Below, piece by piece: positions 1-11,051 of a stretch of DNA of 64,000 nt. Both the position numbers and the translations under genes were made by a program. The DNA comes from Pecten maximus (Eukaryota), in assembly GCF_902652985.1 (NCBI RefSeq), contig NC_047026.1:33852001-33916000 (forward strand). The letters run 5' to 3'. Position 1 is the first letter of the stretch, and every line of letters starts with the position of its first letter. The notes beneath the pieces were generated by a model. It had not been told where the DNA came from, did not search any database, and was given only the letters and a program-made list of their open reading frames with translations.

Positions 1-246
1 GGAGAATAATGTTTGTGCTAGGATTAATTTTTGTGTATTTGTGTATATTTGAATGTATTTGAATGTATTTAAATGAACCCCTGAGGGTCACCATACATGT
101 GTACTAGCTCAGGTTTAGTGAAAATTTCCCTTTAGCCAGGGCATTTTCACTGTGTTTATTTAAATTTTCTTTTATTTAAAGGATGTTCTTTCAATATATT
201 GCAAAAATTAAGCCAATCGTGATTTTTACTTTTATCTTTTAGAACC

Positions 247-1014
247 ATGGATTTACTGTCAATCCTGCAAAGCAACTTGAGTCCAACCAAGAAATTGGAA
301 TCTGCCATCCTTCAAAACAATGTGGCCTTGTTAGAGAAAACCTTACAAACTGGGATTGATGTAAACAGTAGGTTACAGTTACAGGGAGGGAACACAGCGC
401 TCCATATAGCATCTCGACAGGGTTATCGTCATTGTGTTGCCAAACTCCTGGAATATCATGCCGACCCAGACAGGAAGAATGATTTCAACATTAACTCCAT
501 AACTGTAGCTTTCCAACAGAAAAACTCCCAGTGTCTGTGGCTACTTCTGCAGAAAAGTCGTGAATGGATGAATCTCGGTTCATTTTGGTTAGAAGATGAT
601 GTAGCAGGATTGTTGTGGAACACTACGGACAGCTCCATGGATACTCTAGTTTCTGTACTCATTAAAGCAACACCAGATTTATCACAAACTCGGAGTAATT
701 TAAAACAAAACCTATTTTACAGGTGTAAAGATACAAACTTAGAAAAGTCTCTGAAAATTTGGAGAATGACCGAAGACATGGACAGTGAATCATTTGTTAC
801 AAATAAAAAATCTGCTTTCAATCAAAATGAAGACTGGCAAAAGCAGTTTGTTGAATGGATGAATCAATATAACAAAACTCCCAAATCTTTATCTCATTAT
901 GCGAGGCTGGTGATTCGGAAAAGCTTCCATGCTAACTGTAATGTGTGTTATGGAGCAAGTCAGCTTCCTATTCCGACCTCACTCAAACAGGATGTAATGA
1001 TGACCTGTGATTAG
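247..1014 (+). CDS. Ankyrin-repeat and SOCS-box (ASB-like) protein, 255 aa, single coding exon
   Basis: Ankyrin motif GGNTALHIASRQGYRHCVAKLLEYHADPD; C-terminal SOCS box PKSLSHYARLVIRKSF...LPIPTSLKQDV. A polypyrimidine tract and AG (241-242) lie just before the ATG, implying an upstream non-coding exon outside the window. Confidence 0.85.
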   Translation: MDLLSILQSNLSPTKKLESAILQNNVALLEKTLQTGIDVNSRLQLQGGNTALHIASRQGYRHCVAKLLEYHADPDRKNDFNINSITVAFQQKNSQCLWLLLQKSREWMNLGSFWLEDDVAGLLWNTTDSSMDTLVSVLIKATPDLSQTRSNLKQNLFYRCKDTNLEKSLKIWRMTEDMDSESFVTNKKSAFNQNEDWQKQFVEWMNQYNKTPKSLSHYARLVIRKSFHANCNVCYGASQLPIPTSLKQDVMMTCD

Positions 1015-3264
1015 TCATCATGGCGGTTTTCAAACTGCACCAACAGTATCTCACCATCTGTGATTACACCATGTCTATCTATTTACCTTGAAAACAAGGG
1101 TGTAATTACCATATATACATTACGAGTCCCACGTAATGTTGTCCTTGTTACACATGGTTGGAAAAAACAGTCTATTCACTATATCATGGATTAAACAAGA
1201 GACAGGCAATGGAAAATGTATAACATAACTCCTCTAGTTGAGCAACTGTAACAGTACTTTGTATTTTCTAAAACAAAAATACAAAAAGGACCAGTCAATC
1301 CAGATTTCTATAATTATGATATTAAGGAAATAATCTGCAGACTGTATCTAAAATTCACCAGTAGTTCTGTCCTATACTGAATAAGTTTGTATGTTAATTG
1401 TTATAAAATAACATATCAAACATATAAGTATAAATCTTGAATCCCTAGGGTGGTCCAGATACGGGGAGTTCTATAATCAATATAAGGGATCTGTGATATC
1501 TTTAACAATGAGATCTTACTTGCTGTTCCAATTCACTAAATAGTTTACTTCTTTACCTCATAGAAAAGACCCATGCCTACTTTGGTATGAAAAAGAGGAT
1601 TGAACTTATAGGACTTTACCACATCTTACTATCATATGATAAATTTTGTGATCCAGGTAAGAATATTGCTACAGTATATATATATTATGTCAACATTATA
1701 GTGCAATATAAAAATTATAAAACATTTTAAGTTAAAAATTGCATATAAATGAATATCCTTTGTTCAATACACTACATGTACATTTCAATAAGAGATAGTA
1801 TGTATCGTATAATAAAGTAATCTGTAAGTATTGTTTGAGGTTTTTAGTTTTGTTTATATATCTATTTAAATCCTTAAAAAAGGGAATTGATTAAGCCTAA
1901 CAAATAATTAGATATACATTTATATAAAAAGAAAATAAATACTTTGAGAAATAGATAAGATGATTTGCAAATCGTAAGTAAGACCAAGACTGTAATATTA
2001 AATATGAAACCATGTACAGTACATAGGAATCATTGTTTGAATAAGTATTAATTTGCTTGAATTTCCATTCAGACTTTAAAATAATCAACTGATCATTAAA
2101 AATAAAAGACAAAATCACTTTTTCATATCACTTACCATGGCATCTAGATCTGCATTTAAAAATATCCAATTCAATATCCTGTTATACAAATTAAACTTAG
2201 GGTACTTTATGATGAAAATTACTGCACAAAAATAATGTTATGTTGGGAAACTGTTGTCAAGCTATATCTCCCACTTTGAACAATTCGATGGTGGGAGATC
2301 TACCACTTGGGCATTTCTAGAGGACGGAAACCCTAAAATACGTAGCCGAGTGTTCGACCTCACCAAACTGAACAGAATAATGGCACCATATTGCTGGTTA
2401 TATGATGACTGGAATCACACTTCAACACAACATTTTTTACATCTTTCTGTATCTGTTTTTTTTATGAAGAGCTGTGTATTAGGTAAAAGTCTTCTGAAAG
2501 TTGAGATTATTATGGCCACAAATCACAGTTTTCTATCATAATAAAAGTTGTACAACTGTATCTACAGGTAGTTTAGCATGAAAAATTGCCACAAAAATAT
2601 ATTACCCCTGTTTGGCAGGTTGGGACAGGTGGGAGAAATGCAAAAGACATATCGGAACAAATTTTTTCACTTCCATATGCACATCAACTTTGACGGTAAA
2701 AGCACCAATGTGTATACTGGAAGTATTAAGTAAATAGTAGTGATAACCTTGACCTTTGAACCCTGACAGGTGAACTCATTCATATGGTATATACTTGATT
2801 TTTGAATGGTTTTCTTTGATAGTAAGTGAGAGTGATTTTGGCTCATTCATACATACCACAAAACATATATCCCCATTTCCCTCCCTCAATCCCCAATAAC
2901 TTGAATAAACTGAGAGAGAGAGAGAGTGAGAGGAGGGGGGGGGGTTGATGCCAGACGGACAGACATTACTGATAATTTAAACACTCAAATCTAGTTTGGA
3001 ACAAAAATCATGTTCTTACTTATTAACTCATCATATATTTGACAACACATACACATCTAGTTTGGGGCTGACATACTAGAAGCTTTTTACCAAATCATAT
3101 TTTGATGAAAATATGTATTAACGAAAATGCACACAGCATTTCTGAATAAATATTGAAAAGTACTCGTTTGAGAAACATGCCTGTTGTTTGAACCCAAGGT
3201 AAAGTTCCCATATTAAGATTTTCCGGAAACGTGACTCCCAATATTCAGATATTTTGTTTATTAC

Positions 3265-6200
3265 CTCTCGTGTAGACAGTTGATCACTGAGTTCCTCAGC
3301 CCTTGAGATTTCTCCTTGTTTAATGGCAGATGTAATCTGAACCTCTAGTCCTGACTCTGGTTTGTGACAGTCCTTATCTGGCCTACGAAGATGATCATCT
3401 GCAGTCAAGTATGGCTTGATTTTCTCCCAGGAATTATGTGTACCACTTGATGAACTCTGTCCTCTGAAAATACAAATAATTCTGTGTTTTTTCAACCTAT
3501 ATACATATGTATATTTGATAAATGATAGTTGATAACTAACCCAATTCCTGATGGAAAAAGGTAGAATGTTTTCACAATTTACGAACCAAATTCCCAATTT
3601 CATTTTTTCAAGATTTAAAGTCTGGTACTAAACTTGCTTTATAATAAAGACAATAATCTTAAAACAGTTTTTGCATTGAATTAATCTGCTGAAAATATGG
3701 TGCTTGGATTTTTTTTAGCATATTCCAACATTCACAACAAAATTATTTTTCCAATTTCTTGCTTAAGCTTTACATAGGAGCTATTTCCCGAATTAACAGA
3801 AAAAACACTGTAATGTTGATCAAATTTGATTATATTGTATGTTTCATGTCTAATTTATTCAACTTCAAGTTTAATTTGATATTCACTTATTCATAACTGA
3901 TCGACTTATCAATATAATTATCTTGCTGTAAAAATGTATTTGCTTAAATTATCATATAAAAGAGAGTTGGAAAAGTTTTTAATACTCTTGTGTGGTTGTA
4001 TCGCTAGAAGCAGGAGTCTTCCTCTTCCTGTTCCCTCGTTCAGTGTCATCACGTACAGGTGGTCCAAACTTGACATCATGCTGTCTAAGAATGTCTCTGT
4101 CTTCTGGAAGAGTTATCTCCTCCTGAACTACAATATGGCCAAGGAAATTATTAATCATACCAGTCTTAAGTATCAACAACATAATCCATTACTGCAAATA
4201 CAAATATATGTATTGTACTAGACTTACATGTAGCACACTGTGCACTTATAAAAACACGAAACAGGTGCCCTTAATAAAACCATGTACACGGAAAAGTTTC
4301 CATTTGAAATCTTGGTGGAAAAATTACTTTTTTTTCTTCATTTACATACATTCATGTAGTAAAAACAATCCAGATTCTTTGGTTAAATGACTAAAGATTG
4401 TATTGGCAGATCAGTGAGGTAAGGAAATTTTTATTTGTTTCAAGTACAGTGTACCGGGGCAAATTATTTGTTATGGACTTATTTTTAAATGCTAAGATTT
4501 CTTAGAAAGCACTTAATGCTGTATATACTGATAAATGTCAATGGTGTTGGTGGTATTATGGTCTGGACGAGGACTACAAATATATCACTATCAATGAAAC
4601 ACAAAATGGACATTCAAAATAACAGTGGAAATTTTAGCTTTCTCACTAAAAACTAAGTAAGGACTAAGTTTCAAATTTCAACCATTGAATTAAACTCAAT
4701 AACTTTTTTTTCTTTTTTATTCTGAGGATTTTTTCAGGTAGCTGCCTGGAAATTCAATCACTTTTAAAAATCTGAATAAATAATGTACAAATGTGTACAA
4801 GTACAATTTCAATATAACAAAAATATACTATCCCATTTTTACATATAGATTCACTTAGCCTGAATTTCAACTGGCCCTAGCTAGCTGACACCCACATTAG
4901 TGCAATAGGGCCCTACACCAAACATGATGTTAGGACCAGAGGAAAGTCAGGCTAAGATTTACTTAATTGATATTTCTTTATGACTTTAAAACTATTTGTC
5001 AATCTTAAAAAATCAAAATAATCTTAATACACATGTATAATACCTTTCTTTATCAATGATTTCTGCATATATTTGATTCTTTTTTCTGTAGATCTTCTGG
5101 TCATGTCATCAGTCTTCTTCTCCAAGACCTTGAATCTCTGTAAAGAAATAGAACACCGATATAGGACTAATTGCCTGTCTTCGGGTAAATAAATATACAT
5201 GTTTTGTTTATCCATATGTGTAAGGCACAGTTCACGTCAGGTGGTATGGTCCCCAATCACTGCCACAGTTTTGAGGTCTAATCCCTTCCACTTGCTCAGT
5301 CTGTTGCATCTTGGTTGAAACATTGACTGACACCGGCTCAAAACCCGAGTGGTCACCTTTTTACTGACACCGCGCGACACGTTATGGAAGAGTGTTGGGG
5401 ATTAATGGAACAAGGGACCTGACTCATGATTGACAGTTGCATTGCCTGATACTCTGGACTGTTTTACCTGTTGGAACCTGCGTTGTCGTAGAGTACGGTA
5501 CATGTACTGTAGCTGGATTTAGACTTATATTTCAAGTATGATGTGTTTGCGTCCGAGATATATCATGTTGTAGATGTATGGTACATATACACTCCAAATT
5601 AAAAACAAATTCTAGCTAGATGGTAACACAAATGTTCGTAACAGGAAATGAAATATAGACACAGAGAAAACAAAACATTGCAACATTTTAACTACCAAGG
5701 GAGAAGCGAAGTTCAATACTACAAAAAACTGTTTGTATCTTGCACTGTATTTTGTGATAAATCAAAAATTTAAAGTAACTAAACAGTCTTGAGTAAAAGT
5801 TATAATCTAAATAAGAAGAAAAACAAATCATGACCTACTCTACTCACACTGAACATGTAGTGTAAGCGTTATTATTTTGCTGCCTTGATGTTTCATAGCA
5901 ATATTGTGATTGGAGAGTGAGCGAGTAAATTCTGCTTCCGATTTAATGAGGCCATGCTGTTCTATCTACACTTTGAAGTAAGTCAGTAATGATTGATATA
6001 ATTATCTCAAGAAAGACAGTTACGTACATGTGATCATTCTATCTCCTTTTAATTGATATTGGCAGGTCAAACAGTGTGGTCTCTGTTAAAAATCGCAATC
6101 TTCCTAAAAATAAACGTTCTGATTAAATAATGGCGAAATATCATATGACAACAACTTGTGACGTGTGTTGTACTGTATTAATGCATGATTTAGATTCCTA

Positions 6201-7650
6201 TATATAATATACATCCGTGAAAGGTAACAGAACAGGTGAAGGTTTAAAGTCACAAACCACTCCGATCACAACCACTTCTCCAGCTGTGAGTCTTCACAAA
6301 TTTTTCCTGCGATCTTAATCCCCTACACTTGCCAGGTCCCAGCCAGTGGAAGCTGGTGGCAACACCCGAGTTGAAACACGGGGCATACTTAACCAAGTTG
6401 GGAAAAACCACCAACTTGCGTATAACATGTAACCTTGGGTATTATATGCGAATAAGGTATAGTATTGTTACTAAAAATAGTCAAAAATTTAACCTTTTAA
6501 AAAAACATATTTGCCAAAGTTGCATTTATTCAGTCATGACACATCATATGCAAAAATAAAAATTATTTGCACAATAATTGGAAAGTACTGTACCAGAAAT
6601 GGATACTTCCGGTAGTGTAACATCAAGTTTCTAGGTAGACTTTGTTTTGTTTTTGTTTTAGTTTAACGTCCTATTAACAGCCAGGGTCATTTAAGGACGT
6701 GCCAGGTTTTGGAGGTGGAGGAAAGCCGGAGAAAAACCACCGGCCTACGGTCAGTACCTGACAACTGCCCCACGTAGGTTTCGAACTCGCAACCCAGAGG
6801 TGGAGGGCTAGTAATAAAGTGTCGGGACACCTTAACCACTCAGCCACCACGGCCCCCTCTAGGTAGACAACGCTTCAGTAAACGTATTTTAGTAAAATGT
6901 TTTTACCTTGTGGTAAATTTAATCACCATTTACATTAAATAATTTATTTCAAAATTTACTGTTACATCAATTTTGTCTTTTTTTTGTAACAAATCCATAC
7001 TCGAACTGGCGTATCATTGGCGTATAATACGCAAGTTGACTGTGTTTTCCCCAACCAGTCAACCCCAACACTCTAGTGACACTCGCAACCCTGTGAGTAA
7101 AATAGAATCATAATACCCGACACATATGGGCACTTACACAGATATGTAGTACATATCGAGGATAATTTTAACTCTGGTGTTAATTACCAGATACAAGTGC
7201 CTATGCCGAACGCATATTGTAAGTGTTATGTCACGCCTGGTTTTATTTCATCTGTACGAAATTCTAAGCAACACAAAACAGTATCGGAGAATCCCACGTT
7301 TTTATATATAGTAATATAATATACGCTAGGCTACAGTCTTCGTGTGACATGGCATCAGGTACTCCAACAATGTTAGAGGTTCATCACGGCGAGAAACTTT
7401 TGACAGGCGTCGCAGATTCGCCAATGTAATCAGGCGGACTAAGACCTCTTATACGTATAGGAGTAGGCATCAGGTTGTCAGGGCCAGAGAAAACTCGGGC
7501 TAACCTACAGTAAACCAGTTATTACATAATTACCTCCCATAACTTAGATGGTACATTCTTTGGGGCCTTTTCACTAGCGCTGACAGTTTCTGTGATAACT
7601 GGCTTGTCGGTATCTTCAGCATCTTTAGGTGGAGGGACCCTCTGGTACAT
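3265..7650 (-). CDS. FAM204A: FAM204A-like protein, 5' part: exons 7650-7534, 5137-5044, 4127-3986, 3463-3265 (184 codons); 3' exons not found in window
   Basis: GT-AG introns with matching phases give MYQRVPPPK...PSKLWE|RFKVLEKK...LIKKV|QEEITLP...TTQE|GQSSS...SGLEVQITSAIKQGEISRAEELSDQLSTRE. This resembles the FAM204A motif SGLE..I..A.......AEELS.QL.TRE. The last visible exon ends at a GTAAT donor. Confidence 0.8.
6394..7058. mobile_element. Degenerate MITE (same family as 16140-16626), interrupted by a SINE
   Basis: Imperfect TIRs CAAGTTGGGAAAAACC / GTTTTCCCCAACCAG; internal blocks shared with the 16140 element (TTGTTACTAAAAATAG, CTTCCGGT, GTAACATCAAGTTTCTA); flanks TTAAC/TCAAC resemble a 5-bp TSD. 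Confidence 0.6.
6641..6857 (-). mobile_element. tRNA-derived SINE with 11-bp TSD
   Basis: On -: GGGGCCGTGGTGGCTGAGTGG (A box), GAGTTCGAAAC (B box), (AAAAC)n tail; TSD TCTAGGTAGAC at 6630-6640 and 6858-6868. Confidence 0.85.
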
Positions 7651-8128
7651 TTTATTTTACTGTCGTCCGTCCGAGTCAGTAATTATATTGCTTCAAAATA
7701 CTCTATATTTTTACTTACGAAACAAACACTGATGTGATGCCGTTAAAGGTTCATGATATCACGGTCTTCTGCAAGCTTCGTTTCCCTGCCATAGATAGGT
7801 CTGTTCGGTCTGTTCGTCTAGTTTTATCATATGTAGCTATACAGTGTAGGTCTCCCATTTTTTCATAGATTACGCTTTTACAACTTAAGATTGAACACCT
7901 CCATTACATTAATTGTATTTGAATTGGATTGTTATTGTTGTGATAAAGGTGAGGCAGAGGGGCATGTTTAGTCGTAGATATTTCTGGCCGTTTTCTTTGA
8001 TATAGGCCTAAGACTTGACATGCCCCTGTGGCCAGTGGGTAAGAGTATGAAAGGCCGTTCATTTAATATTTAAGCACACTCTCAGGCCATAAGATATTCG
8101 GGCGTTGATTAAGTGGTTTGAGTTCGAT

Positions 8129-8225
8129 CATAGATTCCTGACGCATAAGATAGGAAATACTATGTAAAACAAATGTATTGATGTATTACACGGAATTGTC
8201 CTATCTTATGCGTCAGGAACCTATG
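8129..8225. repeat. 27-bp-arm inverted repeat (hairpin); perfect copy at 18033-18134
   Basis: CATAG(A/G)TTCCTGACGCATAAGATAGGA ... TCCTATCTTATGCGTCAGGAACCTATG. Confidence 0.85.
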
Positions 8226-9116
8226 GTTCGACATTCCCACCAAAATATGACGTCACAGTCACCGGAAGGTGACACAATCTGTAAGAATCGTACTCAAACC
8301 ATGTAATTTTACGTCATTTTTTCGAAATTCCCGTTTTGTTTGCGGTAAACTCATGTTGTAGACCTTGGAGCCATATGTATGTCAACAATATTCGAATGAC
8401 GTAACGCGGACGTGTCCAGACACGCTATTTGATGCACAGATTTCTGCGATCTCTAATAGTCCAATGTGTTCCCCTCATTCATTCGAGATGATATAAGAAA
8501 ACAGCAATGCATATACTTTGGTCTATCATGAAATTGAAAACATGGAACCGAGATATAGAGCTCTACCCATTTACACATACATGTAGTTTTTTTCCAACAT
8601 TGATTATGAGACAAGCTACATCTACAAGGCCTCGCTAATATGATATCCATGATCTACTTAGCGACTAGGTCGATGTGATCTATTTGGGGACGTATGATAC
8701 CATTCAAGTCCGTGATCTCTTTACCACCATGGGTTACTCAAATTCAGCTGATCAGTTATTCGATTGGGTTAACTATTTTACTGAATTAGTTTGCCCTTTT
8801 GGTTTTGTGACCCTTAAAATTTGAAGATTTCTGAAATGCATTCCGTTGTTCACATTGCTATATAATTTTTATACATAATTATGCGACACATAATTATATT
8901 TCATGTATATGGAAAAGTAAATGCTTAAACTGTATGCTTGTATGCACATTGTCCGGTCATCCATATGTACAGTAAGCCTGGTTAGTAATAGCCTCGATAT
9001 GCCAATTAATTAAAGATATCTTTTCTTTAGCGCGATTGGCTTAGCGTTAATCTAGCAAGCCAGAGATCGCAGGGAAATGCAGTTTCATGCGGCACAAACT
9101 ACAAGAATGAAGCATG

Positions 9117-9275
9117 ATCACGTGATTCCAAAAGAGTGGCGCGTGAAGCACGCGTAAGTTTCGCGCGCATCGAACTACCACGAAAGCTTGATCACGTGAT
9201 TCCCACCGAGTGGAGTGTGATGCACGGAGACATTTTTGCGCGATTAAAACTACCGCCAAAGCTTGATCACGTGAT
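9117..9275. promoter_or_regulatory. ~74-bp repeat carrying three ATCACGTGAT E-boxes and an E2F-like TTTCGCGC (copy at 19006-19163)
   Basis: ATCACGTGAT at 9117, 9191 and 9266; TTTCGCGC at 9159-9166; CpG-rich relative to surroundings. A regulatory function is inferred only. Confidence 0.35.
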
Positions 9276-9661
9276 TCTAACCAAGTTGAACATGAATGGC
9301 ATGGGGTTAACAGGGACATAAGAATCAGTTATATAGTCGTTGGCCCTATATCCTAGTCGATATAACCTTTTTTTACATGGTTTTTTTCTGGGTGGCTTGG
9401 GGAGGGCTACATTAACCTTGCATAGACCCTCCATCTTACAAGGGAGTCATTTGTAATTGTCAGTTTTCAACGGGTCCATATTCCACGGGCCGGAGGGAAG
9501 AATACGCAGATGGTTCAATTTTCAACGGCATTTAGGGTCACCGCACATAACTTCAGGTGAGGCGACCAATTTAGTTCCGGCCACCTAACTTCAGGTGAGG
9601 GGCTGCGAAGCTAAGTAGGTTAGAGCGATGGCCACCTACACTGTAGCTTCAGTTGCTGCGT

Positions 9662-9930
9662 GGCCGCATTAGCTCCGTCGGTTAGAGCGCCTGCTCTGTA
9701 CGGTAATCCTAAGGTCATGTAAGACCCGAGGTGTGTGGTTCGACACTTTCTGCCCGTGTCGGATAAACTGTCATAGTTGTGTTCTTGGGCAAGACTCTTT
9801 TCCCTAATCGATCTGCATATGGCATGCAACGGGACTTCCGTATAATGTTCAGTGAGGTGGTCACTTATATAATACTGCAAGTGACACCCCCTCAAAATGA
9901 CCCAGATTGTTCACGGGGCTAACAAACAAA
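9662..9930 (+). mobile_element. tRNA-derived CORE-type SINE (copy at ~19860-20127)
   Basis: A box TAGCTCCGTCGG, B box GGTTCGACAC, CORE-like GTTGTGTTCTTGGGCAAGAC, AACAAACAAAA tail. Confidence 0.65.
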
Positions 9931-10923
9931 ATTATAGAATTTCAGAAACGCATTTCCAGAGGTATTGGAATCGGGCGATGTCATCTTCCTGCTTCTAAAT
10001 TTAATCTATGATAAGATACCCAAAACCTTGTAATTTGAGACAAGAATATAACATCTGGCTAGTGGCGAGTCTACAAGCTCTCTATGCCAGTCTTGTATAA
10101 ATATGTCTCACACCATTTATTGGAGTAATGATCAAATACATCTATATCTCCAACTCCTTGTTCAAGCCAAACATAACAGAAACTATAAGGACATAACATG
10201 TTTTTCACTAGTTTAGCCCAATTTATGGTACGAGAAGTTTCCGCTTGCGTGTAGAGCTCGTTATATATAGACTTAACCAGTTGATTTCTACATTCTTTTG
10301 GTTATGCACGAGTTTTTTCTATCAATATTTAATAATCTTGCTGTATCTGATAAATTTAAGTTTTATACATGTAGATGACTTAGTCTTGGAAATAATTTAT
10401 CTGTTCTCAATGAATATAAATATCGGTACATATATTTATATGCCTTTTCTCAAGTTTTGAAAGGGGGGGGGGGGGGGGGGGGGGGGGGGACAACCTCGGA
10501 GCTGCGTAGCAACGGCATCCAAGATGGCGGAACTTCCTCAGCAACTGCCCTTTATCTTTATATTATCATAATGTAAATATTTAATCACATAACGCACTAC
10601 AGAAAACATGGTTAATGTAAATTTTATTTCGTAAACAACTGAAATAAACATGTATACAAAAAGTAAAAGCACTTCAGTCAATATAGCACTAGACAAAGAT
10701 AAACTACAGTCGACACAATGTACATGTACAGGTCCTCGTCCTGAACTGTCGACCATGTAACATAACAAGGAAAGGAAACATAGCACTTCACGATGAAAAC
10801 GACGGGGATGGTCAGTTTGTAGGTATTGATTTGTCCTTCAAGTAAACACATGCCTCCCTTCAGAATCTTTAACATCAACAACCATTTCCGGAAGAAATGC
10901 GAACAATAGAGAATTGTTTCTGG

Positions 10924-11024
10924 CTCCGACATGAAGCTCCGGCATGAAGCTCTGACATAGAGCTCTGACAAAGAGCTCCGACATGAAGCTCTGACATGAA
11001 GATCTGACATGAAGCTCTGACATG
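10924..11024. repeat. 13-bp minisatellite (GACATGAAGCTCT, ~8 units) in the Cdc25 copy 1 3' UTR
   Basis: Read directly; begins about 30 nt after the stop codon. Confidence 0.9.
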
Positions 11025-11051
11025 CGTCACTCCTTTTTGTAGTTGTGTAGT

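Noticed and set aside
3118-3264. Read-through of the FAM204A exon ORF as the real C-terminus
   Set aside because: A good donor at 3264; the downstream translation does not resemble the conserved FAM204A tail.
5220-5480. Candidate FAM204A first exon close to exon 2
   Set aside because: 7650-7534 gives a better ATG, phase-0 donor and family-like sequence (PPP...LWE|RF).
6760-6857. tRNA gene (also 9662-9750)
   Set aside because: A and B boxes belong to SINE heads with body and tail (and a TSD for the 6641 element); no full cloverleaf.
10462-10488. Long poly-G run (and poly-C at ~19403-19430)
   Set aside because: Simple homopolymers, unreliable in length and common in such genomes.
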